64,000 bases of DNA. Origin: Lama glama. Taxonomy: Eukaryota. The stretch is from assembly GCA_028534125.1 (NCBI GenBank), contig CM052821.1, positions 46,314,001 to 46,378,000 of the forward strand. Direction: 5' to 3'. A program made the position numbers and the translations under genes. The stretch's first letter is position 1; every line of letters starts with the position of its first letter. Shown piece by piece: positions 35,752-48,098 of the stretch. The notes under the pieces were generated by a model. It searched no databases, was not told where the DNA came from, and was given only the letters and a program-made list of their open reading frames with translations.

Positions 35752-36138
35752 TGCGTAGGAGACTGTGAGGGCTGCTCTAACCCATCCCCACAGACTGGAG
35801 GCTTAAACAGCAGACACCTGTGTTCTCACAGTTCTGGAGGCTGAGAAGTTTGCGATCAAGATTTGGGCAGGCTGTTCCTTCCACGGTCTCTCTCCTGGGC
35901 CCGTACACGGCCATCTTCTCCCTGGGTCTTCACAGGGTCACCCCTCCGTGTGTCTGTGTCTTAATCACCTCTTCTTACAAGAACACTAGTCATTCCACGT
36001 TAGGCCCGCTCTAATGACCTCATTTTACCAAATTCTCTCTCTAAAGATCCTAACTCCAGGTACAGTCACATTCTGAGGCATTGCGGGTTACGCCTTCAAT
36101 GTATGAACTTTGGGGCGACGTAACTCAGCCACACCACA
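35752..36138 (-). mobile_element. MaLR solo LTR (MLT1B-like)
   Basis: ggcttaaacagcagac..ttctcacagttctggaggctgagaag, ggccatcttctccctg, ctaatgacctcatttta, cagtcacattctgagg. Confidence 0.9.
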
Positions 36139-36372
36139 GGGCAAGGTCACCAACCACTCACACTGACAAATGTGGAGCCGTGACTCTGAAAGGACTGAGA
36201 GGGAGGGGTCCAGAGTGAGGTCAGGGTCCACAAGGGGATGAGGCCAGGAGGTCGTCTGAAGAAATAAGGATTACATCGAGGTCTGAAGGAAGGTGGTTAG
36301 GGTGTCAAGGCCGGGGGAACAGTGTGTGTTAAAACCTTGCCGTGGGAAGCTTGGCAGGGACGAGCGCTGAGC

Positions 36373-37122
36373 TGTCACAGGAGGAGACTTGGTGCTTGCT
36401 CCTGCTTCCTGGCACGGAGCTCCTAAAATCCTTGGAATTTCCTGAGTGATAAGAACATCTTTTGTTCTAATGAGGAAACCCTTTGGCAGCCCCTTCACGA
36501 TGGCTTCAGGATGCAGGCTGGTTGCCAGAAGAGTCAAGCTTTGATGGGAAGAATGGAACATTCGGCTCCAGCTCCACCCCCTAGCCTCCAGGGAAGAGGC
36601 GGGAGGGGCTGGAGCCTGAGTTCACTGCTGATGGCCAATGACTGTCAACCATGCCTACATGATGAAGCCCCCCTGCAAACCCCTAAACGACAGGCTGCAG
36701 AGAGCTTCTGAGCGGGGGAGCACACGGAGGTTCTGGGAGGGTGGTGGGTCGCAGAGGGGATGCTCCACCCCTCATACCCTGCCTGGTGCATCTTTTCCAT
36801 GTGGCTGGGCCTGAATTGTATCCTTCATAATAAACCAGTGGCAGTAAGTAAAGCACCTTCCTGAGCTCCGTGAGGCCTTCTAGCAAAGTAGCAAACCCAC
36901 CTGGGGGGGGGTCTTGGAAACCCCCGACTTTGGAGCCAAGTTGAACAGAAGCGTGGGTAACCCAGGGACCCAACACTTGAGACTAGTGTCTGAAGTATCT
37001 GCAGTCTTGCGGGTCTGAGTCCTTAACCCGCGGGGTCTGACGCTGACAGCAGGCGGTAGTGAAAGACTGTCAACTGGTGTTTTCAGAGAACTGGAGAATT
37101 AATGGGTGTCAGGAGAACACAC
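36373..37122 (+). mobile_element. ERV solo LTR (MER21-like)
   Basis: ttcctggcacggagctcctaaaatccttggaatttcctgagtgataag, ggccaatgactgtcaaccatgccta, tgtatccttcataataaacc...agtaagtaaagc. Confidence 0.85.
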
Positions 37123-38074
37123 CTCTCAAAGGACTAAAGGCCAGTGTGACTGAGACACACAGACCACTGGGAGGAGGGTGAGCTGGCAGTGGGGTGACGA
37201 GGCTGAAGCTGGCAGGGCATGCTCGCGGGGCCCAGAAGGAGGTCTCTCCAGGCAGGACACGCAAGGGTCTTAGGCAGGCAGGACCATCCTGTTGCACAGC
37301 TTGGGAGCACCATTTGCAAAGAAGACAGTGGGAACAGTGCCTCTCGGAGTAGCAGCATGGTGGCACTGTAAGTAAGCAGCCAATGAGATAAGGATTCTAT
37401 TCTGAAAAGCATATTCTTGCTGCTGTCTGGGAAAGGAACAACGGATGATTTGCGGGGTTAGAGACCAAGGGTTTCACTTTTCTTCTTTTCTTTAAGAAAG
37501 ATCATGTTAGAGACACACAAGCCTGGGCAGGAGGTTAAGTGCTGTACACACACATCACAGTCATCAAACATCTCCTGAGGCACCTGTGCGCAGGTGACGT
37601 GCTCGGGCCAAGCGCCACACCGAGAGGCAGAAATGGGAGCGCTCACCTCCCCTGCACCTGGTAAGGGGATGGGTCGTGTGGGAAAAGGGTGCAGACTCCA
37701 CTGCTCTTGTAACCCCAGGTGTCCCGGGGCTCAGCACAGTGTGGATGGCGTCCAAGGGCTCTCTTCCTGCTCGCTGAATGTTCACGTCGGAAAAACAACA
37801 ACTTAGTTTGTGTTTGGACCCAATCAGGCTCCAAGAAAGAGGCGGTAGGGGCGACTTTAAGAAATCATTAAGGTACGTGTCCTGGGGGATGCAGAAGAGG
37901 TGCTGCTGGGTGTCACTAAGGAGCAGGCAGACTGCACCAAAACAAAAGGCCCCTGCAACACAAATCAGCACAGGCAGGAGGGGAGGGAGGCGAGGAGGAG
38001 AGGACACAAGGGGGACATTCTCAGGCAGGACCACTCACTCGTGCACCTCTGGAGTCAAGGTGGGGAAAGACGTG

Positions 38075-38458
38075 GAATAATAATACAACAATATAACGTA
38101 TCCAGCCATGAAAAGGAACGAAGTACGATACTTGCCACAGCCTGGATGAACCTCACACACATTGTGCTCGATCAAAGAAGCCACACACAAAAGATCACAT
38201 ACTATATGATTCCTCTTATATGATACGTCCAGAACAGGCAAGTCCGTAAAGACAGAAAGCAGATTAGAGGTTAATGGGAGATGGGTGGAGGGGAGATGTG
38301 GAATGATTATTTGATGAGGACAGGGTGATTAAAAAAAATCTTAAAACTAGAGAGAGGAGTCAACTGCATAATGTTGTAAATAACTCAACACCACTGAAAT
38401 TGCACATTGAAAAATAGCTACTTACATAAAATTGTGTAAATTTCACCTTAACAGAAAA
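38075..38458 (+). mobile_element. L1MB/L1MC-type 3' fragment
   Basis: aaaaggaacgaagtac..tggatgaacctc...aaagaagccacacacaaaagatcacatactatatgattcc...agacagaaagcagattag. Confidence 0.85.
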
Positions 38459-38609
38459 TGATCACCATACAGGGAGCAGGGAAGTAATCACTGGAATAGG
38501 GCAGTAGTAATTTTACAAAGTTTTACCCTATTGAGTCTTTGCTACAAATGCTGGGGTGCCCGGGACTCCCTCACTCCCCCGGGCTCTCCTGGCCTCCAGC
38601 CTCCCTAGC

Positions 38610-38905
38610 CTCTCCGTGTCCTTGGCAATCTCCTCCAGGCCCTTGCTTTAAATGCCACCTATACGTTGACAACTTCAAAATTTATATCTCCGGTCTGCCC
38701 TCTACACGGAGTTCCAGAACCATAAATTCAACTGCCCACCTGACACCTCTACTTTGAACATCTAATAGGCACCTCAGGCTTAAATAGCCCAAATCGAAAT
38801 CTTGATTTTTTTTCTCTTCCCGAACCGTGTCTCCCAGATCAGGAAAGAGCAGCTCCCTCTCTCAATCCGCCCAGTTGCTTAGACTAGAAATTATGGAGTC
38901 CTTCT
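38610..38905 (+). mobile_element. L2 LINE fragment
   Basis: gctttaaatgccacctatacgttgacaacttcaaaatttatatctcc...tctaataggcacctcagg. Confidence 0.75.
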
Positions 38906-38907
38906 TC

Positions 38908-39132
38908 CCCAAGCTTTAACGAAGTACAATATAATTCAATACATTCATCCATCTTAGGCGCAGTTTGAGAAATTTTGGTAGTTGTGCGCAGCCAGGTAAC
39001 TATCATCATCAGGATACAGAACTATTCCAACAGCATACTATTTTTGAGATTTATCTGAATTGTTACATGTATTATTATCACATGCTTTTTCATAGCTGAG
39101 GGGTATTCCAACGTATGGATAAAACATAATTT
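38908..39132 (-). mobile_element. Old L1 3' fragment (L1MC/ME-type)
   Basis: agctttaacgaagtac...caggatacagaactattcca...tttttgagatttatc...tagctgaggggtattcca. Confidence 0.7.
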
Positions 39133-41745
39133 GGGTGGAATCAAGAGTTCTGTTTTGCTGGTTACATCTGAGATCCAAATGGCAGATCTGGATCTTAAAT
39201 GATATTTGAGAACATGAGCTCATCCACAGGAGAGGTGAATGGAGAAGACGGCCAAGGTGGAGGGCTGGGCCCTCCCAGCGCTTAGCTGTAGAACAAAGGA
39301 GGAGGAGAAGCCGGGGAAGGACTCTTCCACAATGAGGACGTGCACGCTGCCCCCCAACCCCGTAAAGCGCAGAAGGTCTCCACGTGGTGTTGGGTCAAGT
39401 GGAGCCAACGGGATCCTAGACTGTCACTGTGCTAGATCTTTCTAGACCAAAAATTTGCAGGCAAGCCGCCTTGACTCCAAAGCCCATATTTACCACCATT
39501 TAATTACAGCTGCCACCGCCCTTCCTTCACCAGATGATCTCTCTATGGTGAGTTTCGTAACTGACCTCCTTAGCATCCTCAGTGAAAAACCAGTCTCCTC
39601 TCACTGACTCTGGGTTGAAATGCCTGGTACACATGTGTCATGATGTGCATTCCTGCATGAGAGAAACCAGTGCCGGTCTTTCCCCTGGGTGGGGAGCCAG
39701 CGCACTTCTGAAGAAGGGCGAGCCCCAAACCACATGCGTCCTCGTCAGTGACCTGAGCACAGCTGTTCAGGCAAGAAGGCTGTGCCCGTGTTCAGCGAGG
39801 CCCCTCTGTGTCACGGGAAACTCCTGCATTGAGGATGCTGCTTTCATACTCTGGTAAAAACCTGGTGCAGCAGCACGGCACAGGGTATCAGAGGTGCAAG
39901 GGCCTGGGGGATATCTGGGACCAAGATTTTCATCTGAATGATGAGACAGCTGAAGCAGAGAGGGCTTGTGGCCAAACCGAGGCCACGTGGTGAGGACGCG
40001 CTCCTCCTTCACACTGTGCTGTTTGTTGCCTTTGCCAGCACGCAGCATGAATCGAGCACCTGCTATTTGCCAGCCACTGGCCTAAGAAAGGAGGAGACAC
40101 TTTCGTAGGCACCATGAGGCTCCCTGACGTTTTAGCATTTTATAGTACATTTTGCAGAAGTCAGTTCAGATGTTCCAAGACCAACAGTAATAGAAGTATC
40201 ATATCCTAGGATGCCTAGAGGACAATTGCCAAGATGGGTTGGCTGGGAAAGCTCTAAGGGGAAGGGACACTTCGAGCTGAGCCCGGGAGGGAACCACTAA
40301 CATATATTTAGTACCTCTTAGATACTGTGCTAGGTACTTAACCCTGTAACCAAACTGCAAGGCTCAGGGATGGAAGGTAACTTGCCCAGATTTGCACAGC
40401 TAAGTGGTAAATGATGGAACGGGATCCGAGTGTGACCCTGAAGCATCAATGCTGTTTTACTGGGATGAAATTAAAGGAGAAGGAGAAGAGAGAAGATTAA
40501 AAGAAGTTGCTGCATCTCAGAAGTGCCAGAGATGGCAAGTAAGAGCGATCAGATGCTGAGAACTTACGCGTGGATGATTTGTGAATTTGGTACAGATTCA
40601 CTGTCTTTGGGGACATCTCACTGTACAGTGACAACTCAACCAACAGGTAAGCAGATGCCGGGGAAAGAGCTGGGCTGCACTGTGCACCGAATGCACGAGT
40701 ACCGGGCCTTGTGCTAGACCCTGGGTACCAAACCTAGAGGTAAGACAGGGTTCTCCCCCTTGGAAAGGCTGTGGTTTCATCAAGGAGACAAAGCACGTGA
40801 CCAAATAGATGGGAAGGCGTGTTAGAGAGGCACACTAACAAAGGCAGACTTTAGAAGGAAATCTGAAAGCCATACAAATAGGAGATGTTAATACAATCAA
40901 AAATACTACACTGGGAAAAACCTTAGAGATCATCTCAGCCAATCTTTTCACCATACGACAGATGAATCAGCTGCAGCGAGGGGAGATGACGTTCTCAAGA
41001 TCACGCAGCCGAGGAAGGACCAGAACCCTTGTTTCTTAACAAAATTGTGCTTCTCAGCTGCTCCATGTCAACTTGGAAATGAAGGCTGCTGAAATTAACA
41101 GCTGGAATTGGGTGTATAGATGGAGCTTGGCTTCCTTCAGGCCCTAATACAGACTACGCTCACCCAACATGCCCACGTGCTGAGCAGCAAACGTGCCACA
41201 TGAACCACTGGGGGTTCTGCTCGTGAAGCCACCCTGCATAAGCCTGCTCACTGCCATTCTCCCGGGAGACAGTCCTCTCTTAGCAAGCCAAGGACAACAC
41301 ACCCGTAATAGTCAGCTAATGGTCTTCTCTTGGCATGGCATTCAATCACCAACCATAACAACACACAAGACCTTGCCTCTTAATAGTTTTGATATCCTTT
41401 CTGATAGAGACTACATGGAGGTTTCCAAGTTCAAGGTAGAAAATAATTTTGTCTGGCAAAGTTACAGAGATGGTCGGTTGGTCAGTGGTAGGGGAGAGCA
41501 AAAGGCAGGGATGCATGTGTATGTGAGGACCACTGGGCAGTCACTTTTAATAAGGAGTCAGAGACTGNNNNNNNNNNNNNNNNNNNNNNNNNNNNNNNNN
41601 NNNNNNNNNNNNNNNNNNNNNNNNNNNNNNNNNNNNNNNNNNNNNNNNNNNNNNNNNNNNNNNNNNNNNNNNNNNNNNNNNNNNNNNNNNNNNNNNNNNN
41701 NNNNNNNNNNNNNNNNNNNNNNNNNNNNNNNNNNNNNNNNNNNNN

Positions 41746-42120
41746 AATTATGTGCCAAGTACTGTTCTGGGCTCTGAGCCATAAACAACAACAATAACAA
41801 AGCTCCAAACTCAACAGTCCCTGTCTCAGCAGCACATTCGTTCTAGTGGGGGAGCTAGACCACAAGTAGGTGTATGACTAAAGGCCAAGTGGTGCTAAGA
41901 CATACCAGGAAAGTAAAACAGATGAAGGGATGGAGAGTGATGGGAGCAGGGCTCTCCACTAGAGAAGATGGGGGGTGGTTGGGAAAGCACAGCTGAGGTG
42001 ACATTTGAGGAGAAAGGAAATTTTCCCTGCTCAGTGGGATGCCAAGGGAGGAGGAGTGAGTGTTGGATGAACAGGGAGACTCCGGGGCCAAGGCCTCCAG
42101 GAAAGGCACTGTGGGGGCCG
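41746..42120 (-). mobile_element. L2 LINE fragment
   Basis: tatgtgccaagtactgttctggg...cattcgttctagtgggg...gaggtgacatttgag. Confidence 0.65.
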
Positions 42121-42782
42121 CTCGGGCACACCTGTCCCAGGTGAGCGGCTCCATAAGAAAGCTGTTGTCGCCGGCTCGATCTGGAAAAGGTCACTGATTT
42201 TGTAGCGAGTGGCGGGTGGAAGTCGGCCTGGGATGACATTTGTTCCTTATTTAGGGCTCGGGGCTGCCTGAGAATGAATAGGTCAGGAAGGGATGTGGCT
42301 GCGTGGGGCATATGTCAGAGTCACTTTTCAGAGCCATCGGAGGAGGGGAAGAAAGCCCGACTCAGAGAGAGACGGAAAACTGCAGAAAAATGACCCTCCC
42401 TCGGCCCAGAGGTTTAGCGGTTTGAGAGGCACTCCTTTCAAGGTGGCTTCAGCTTTCCCATCCTGTTTCCTTAGTCAAAATGACAACCATTTCAATTCAT
42501 TTATATCATAGCTTCCAAAATGCTCTTTTTCCTTTCTCTAGAAATTAACTCTGGATAATCTGCTAGGGAGGACCCTCCAGACACCCAGCAGAGTTGAGTC
42601 ACAGTGTCGGACTGTCCGAAGGCCAGCAGGGGAATCGCAGGCTTCTGTGCACCTGAGCCGCACCCTCTGCTCCTGCAGTCAAGTCCCGTGTCCAGCCTCC
42701 TGCTTGTCCCTCTGGACGCTGAGCGGAAGAGCCTCGTAAGACTCTCCACTGCATGCATATATCGCAGGGGTGCTGCTGAGAA

Positions 42783-42801
42783 CACTGCCCCCTGCAGGGC
42801 T
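42783..42801 (-). promoter_or_regulatory. Candidate CTCF binding site
   Basis: Minus strand AGCCCTGCAGGGGGCAGTG fits the CTCF core CCASYAGRKGGCRS with one deviation; motif only, no binding data. Confidence 0.5.
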
Positions 42802-44054
42802 AGGTCGGTATTCCTTCTGGGAGGTCCCAGGTGAGAAACTCCTTTCAAAACTAAACAACAGGATTAACAGGAGTCCACTGAAAGTAAACGACAGATGTTC
42901 TTTTGGAGCAAGAAACCTCTAACTGACTGAGCAGACTGCCAAAAAGCTCAGAGGTCAACTTTAAAGACAGAGTTCATACATTACCGTATCTCTTCTGAAA
43001 AGTTGCCTAAAATCTTCTATAAAATAAAGTAGGCTACACATGAGTAACAAATGACACTGAGTATTTGTACAAACAGTGCTATTAGATCCCTGTCTGCTTA
43101 AACATCTTACATGGTCTCTGACTGTGACTTGCTGTACGTGAGTTTTTGAAAATGATTTTCCCATTTCCAGCTTCTAGTCGTGGGCCAGGGACAAGCTGAC
43201 TTCACTGTCACCATACAAAGGTCTGGGACTGTCTGAGAGCTCTGGCTTTGAGATGCTGTCTTTTCGCTGAATTCCAAACGTGGGCAGCTACACATGCTTA
43301 GTCTAGCCTTCCAGAGAGCAACCAGAATGACCCCACCCCGGTGGTGGAGTCTATAAAGCTACAGCTCATGCACAGAGAGTCAAACACAGCCCAGGAGAGA
43401 AGAGCTCAGCCTTATCACCCAGGGACCAGGCCCTGCACATTAACCTGGACCCGGACACATCTGACCAGCAGCCTCTTCATTCTGTCTCTGTGTCTGTCTG
43501 TCTGTCTCTCTCTCCTGGATCCTGGTTTCTTCATTGGTTCTAGCTAAACTCATGCAGGAGTAACTTTGTTCTGACCTCCAGTCCCTATGACCAAACATTT
43601 CACTTCCCGAAGTTTCCACTACATGTCTGGGTTTTCTCAAAACCTGAAAAATGGGAAAAACCAGTCATCTTATCCTTTTCCCACAGCAGTTTGAACAGGC
43701 ATCAGAGGCTCTCTTCACTGAAATACACTTAATCCATGCACTGGATTAAGCAACTGAAATAACATGAAGGGTCAGATTTGCAAGGACCAGAGCTCCTTCC
43801 TAGCGTCAAGTGATCATGAGGCATGAGGAAGGCGGAGAGGAGCCAGGACGGCCAGCGTCACGCCCCATTCCTCGCCACGCTGGAGATCAGATGTAACATA
43901 CAAGGCCTCTGAGCTACGAATCTGCCATCACTACACTAAAGGCATCTGTGTCAGCCAACACGTCCCTATTTTATACTCCAGCACTCACACTATTTATGTG
44001 CCGCTGTCCAGGGAGCCATGTCCCATAAACCCACTGATTAGAGTGTTTACCATA

Positions 44055-44421
44055 CGCTATGGACTGAATATTTGTGCCCCACCCCCAAATTCATGCGCTG
44101 AAATGTAATCCCCAAGCTGATGCCACTTGGAGGTGGGGCCTTTAGCAGAGGGTTAGGTCATGATGGTGGCGCGTCATGAATGGAATCAGTGTTCTTACAA
44201 AGGAGACCCCTGAGAGGTCCTTGGGCCCTTCCCCTTCCTGANNNNNNNNNNNNNNNNNNNNNNNNNNNNNNNNNNNNNNNNNNNNNNNNNNNNNNNNNNN
44301 NNNNNNNNNNNNNNNNNNNNNNNNNNNNNNNNNNNNNNNNNNNNNNNNNNNNNNNNNNNNNNNNNNNNNNNNNNNNNNNNNNNNNNNNNNNNNNNNNNNN
44401 NNNNNNATGTGAACTAAGACA
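44055..44421 (+). mobile_element. MaLR solo LTR (MLT1A-like), middle masked by N
   Basis: gctatggactgaatatttgtgcccc...ttggaggtggggccttt...[N]...gaactaagaca. Confidence 0.85.
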
Positions 44422-44789
44422 CTTACCAATTGTAGACAGACCAGGTCCGGGCTGCTAAAAGTGATCCACGGATAAGAACTCTCTCCTGGTAGGCACTGTG
44501 AGTGTGTCTGACAAAAGGTCCACCATCATTACATTAATAAGACGACCAGGTCACCTTTCTTTCTTTCCTGGGTCCAGAAAGGGAGGGACTGGATTGCACT
44601 CTATACTGACTGAAGCACACAGCATGCAGAGCAAAGTCCACCCGGAGCCTTGCTCCAGCACGTCCCCCCACCCCATCCCCGGCCCCTCACCCATCAGGCT
44701 GCGCGTTTACCAAGGGCAAGTGGTGGTTGCTTCTCAACCTGTTTGCGCCAGCTCTTGGTGTGGCAATTAAGTCTGCTAAGTAAATATTA

Positions 44790-45165
44790 TGTAAGTGGAT
44801 TAACGACAAGTGTGATAAGAGGGTTGTTGCTCTGAAAAACTGAACTGAATTCTTGAAAAGATAAAAGATTTGATAAGGGTGAGTGCTGAAAAAATGCTAT
44901 TGAATTAGACAACTCAGAAAGGTGGTGAAAATCTAGTTGGATTCTGCATTCCTGTGCTTGAAGGATGCCTTTAAATATTAACTCTGCTTTCCATAACTGG
45001 AATTGGAAATAATGTCATTAATATTAATGTTATATTATGTTATGTTATATATACGTATATTAATATTAATATAACATTAAGGGTACAGGCGATGTAAGGA
45101 AAATGCCACATAACTCTGACCCAAAGTGGACTCCGACTCACAGAAAAAGCTCTGGCTCTAACATA
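44790..45165 (+). mobile_element. TcMar-Tigger transposase relic (Tigger13-like)
   Basis: Frameshifted translation KRVVALK..FDKGEC..AIEL and SGLRLTEKALAL resembles the pogo/Tigger N-terminal HTH and CENP-B-type motifs. Confidence 0.55.
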
Positions 45166-46254
45166 CCTCCATTTGGGGCAATTCTCCTATCATACAGCGA
45201 TGATTCGTTTGCATGTTTGTTTGTAGATTATGGCCAGCTTGGTGACAGTCTGAGCAGTTACTGCAGACAATAAGCAAGGAGGGAGCTGAGTTCTAGGCCA
45301 GACCAAATTGTTCTGAGACCTTGACCTCCACTTCTGGGAACGATTTCCAGGAGGTAATCCCAAAGGCCCCGCTGAGTTCTGACAGCCTCGGAGTCTATGG
45401 CCGCCAATTATTTCATAGCTGCTTAAGACCCAGATGTAATCATTAACCCACCGGAACCCAAAAACCTCCCGTACGATCCAAGAACTCTGACCTACCTTAT
45501 TTGCTGCATCAATACCTCCCACGTTGGGTACTTTTCTCATCTTTCTTAGAGACAGGCAGACTTTAGAAATAGCACTGTCTTAATAGTTTCAAACATAAAG
45601 TTCTGTGTTTTGCCTGGGACTTCTACATCTATGCCTAAATCAAAGTGTAGACGAGTCCCAAAGATCTTATAAAGTCCTCTTTGTCATTGTACCTGACGTT
45701 TTCCATTTCAATTAACTTCCCACTGAGGTGTCACTGAATGAAAGGCATCAGAGAAATGGAGGGATCTGTTATAAACGCAACTTTTTAGTCCCCGAGAGAT
45801 TCTAATTCCATTCCATTTATGTGGTTTGTGATTGATGAGGACCCAGTAACTTAGGTGTAGGGCTCCTCATGATGAATCATTTTAAAGGGCCTCTACATGG
45901 GGGCAGCTGCAGCTCTGATCTGAGGGGACCCAACACACTGTCCGGTCACCTTTTGTAGATTTCGAATCATGTGCCAGGTGAGAACTGGGAAGTCAAAGGG
46001 AGCCAGAGAGCGAGACGTAGACTGGGAACAGGAGAGCTGATCAAGTCAAACTTCCGGAACGTACACAACTTGGGCAGAGAGAAGCTGCTTTCCTTGCACG
46101 CTTGCAGTCTGGAAACTTCTGTAGCCTGGGGTGTGTGTGCAGAGATGGAAGGCTGGTCTTGGCTTGTATGCAGAGGTGAGTGTACATCAGGTTTGCTCAA
46201 CAGGAGAAAATATGAAAATAATCCTTGTCCTATTTATCCTTTGAGTTTTTAAGA

Positions 46255-46495
46255 ACCATAATGGCAACAGCAAAAAATAACAAACAGAAGTGTCCAGTAG
46301 ACACTGTACAGGGCACTTAAGTTTTCCGATCACCTTAGAAGACAGATATTATTACCTTCCACTTAACAGAAGTGGAAACTGAGGCTCAGAAAAATCGAAG
46401 AGTCTTGCCTGTGGTGATGCTGCTAGTAAGCTGTAGAGCTGGGATTCAAAACTAGGTCTTCCTGACTCCAGATGTGCATGCCTCTTGAACTGTTT
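46255..46495 (-). mobile_element. MIR SINE
   Basis: acttaacagaagtggaaactgaggctcaga...gagctgggattcaaaactaggtcttcctgactcca. Confidence 0.8.
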
Positions 46496-47116
46496 AGCAT
46501 CTCCTTCCAAAGTGGATCTAGGGATGTGGTCCACTAGATCTACTAGATGTGAAAGTCTACACAAAGCTTCCTGGACAGGGTTTGGTACAGCTTGAGATTG
46601 TATAAGCCTGGGATCTGACCTTCAGAAAACTTGTCTCCTATGCAGAAACCTTCCTGTCCAGGGAAAAGGTTGAAATTCTCTGACTTTTGTGCTCTACCTG
46701 TTAATTCAGAAAGCCCACTCCATACCCTCAATAGGACCGGAGAACAATGCAGGGGGATGCTTGCTCTGTAAGCTGGACCACTGGTGGCTCTGAGTCCATG
46801 CACTGGGCAGACATTAGCAAGGGCTGGGGAACCTTACACCACAAGGTAGGCCAAGTCACGTGACCTTGCTACACGCACAGTGAGAAGACGGCTGCCTTCA
46901 GGTTCCCCTGGGGTGTTCAGAGACATGGAATGATGGTGATGCTGGGTTGCTTACAGACCAGGAAGCTAACTGCAGCAGTCAGAGGATAAGAGGGAATGTT
47001 AAGGGGGAAAAAAAAAAGCAATTTCCTCCTCTATAAAACCTTCCCCAACTTTGTGAGCCAAATTTAGCTCTTCCATTGCTTCTGGACCATGTCTTCATTA
47101 TAATAATTATCTCTTG

Positions 47117-47278
47117 GCAGTAGCGGGCATCAGGAGCCTCTGGGGAGGTTTTTAAAAAATATATGTAGTTGGCCCCCATCTCATGAGATTCGAATTTGCT
47201 AAGTCTGGGTTGGACCAGAGAATTTGTATTTTTAAAGTGCTCCCTAAGTACATGCCTATCGGACACTATGGAGAGCAA
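47117..47278 (+). mobile_element. hAT-Charlie MER5-like fragment
   Basis: gcatcaggagcctctggggagg...aagtctgggttggaccagagaatttgtatttttaaagtgctcc. Confidence 0.6.
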
Positions 47279-47348
47279 TATATCCTGAAAAATAAAATAA
47301 AACACTGGTAGAGAACGACTAAAAATGTTGGATCAAAAAAAGGTGATG

Positions 47349-47355
<7 letters not shown>

Positions 47356-47379
<24 letters not shown>

Positions 47380-47389
47380 CTGTGTGTGT
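47356..47389. repeat. (GT)n microsatellite
   Basis: gtgtgtgtgtgtgtgtgtgtgtgtctgtgtgtgt. Confidence 0.9.
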
Positions 47390-48098
47390 AGGAAAAAGAT
47401 GAATAGACAAGAAAATGAGGTAAAACTTCAGAATTAGTAAGGAAATTTAATAAGAAAGGGCAAATCCAGAGAGAAAAGCAAACTGAAGACAGTAGCAGTG
47501 CCAAGGCTGCGGAACCTGCCTCTTGTTAGTGTCATGACGCATTGGTTTCAATGAGCCAAATACAGGAAAAGGAGAAGACTAGCACTTTGCAAAAGCAACC
47601 TGGAGAATGAAGCATAAATCCAGAATCCCCCCAAAGTCAGACCCCTGGTGGGTGAAGTGGTCGAATGCCAGCCCCATCGAAGAAGACGGTAAGAAACTTG
47701 GCTTGGCTTTGGATCCGGGTGAAAGACAATGACACAGACGTCTCCACTGAGAATATTTTAACCCTCAGGTAGTCTGGGGGCCAGAGTTCAGTGGTATTGT
47801 TTTGGTCTGAAAGCCACTGTGAAACTTGTTGCTTGGCAGAAGCAAATACAAATCCTCTCTTGAGGTCTGTGTTTTAAAACCTAGCCTCCAAGAATTCCCA
47901 CAGATGAATTTCCAAGAAACATGAACTCACACACGTACACGCACACACATACACACAGTCACAAACACAAAATCTATCAGGAAACAAACCGTGCAGAAGT
48001 AATCATGAATTCGACCCCAAAAGACTGATCATTGGAATTATTATATACAGAACACAAGGCAGATGTGTTTAATATATTTAAATAAATAACCAGAAATA

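Noticed and set aside
37731-37753. REST/RE1-like tcagcacagtgtggatggcgtcc
   Set aside because: Wrong spacer length and mismatches in the GGACAG half-site.
41193-41777. Longest ORF (194 aa) and other X-containing ORFs
   Set aside because: Length is inflated by reading through N-runs.
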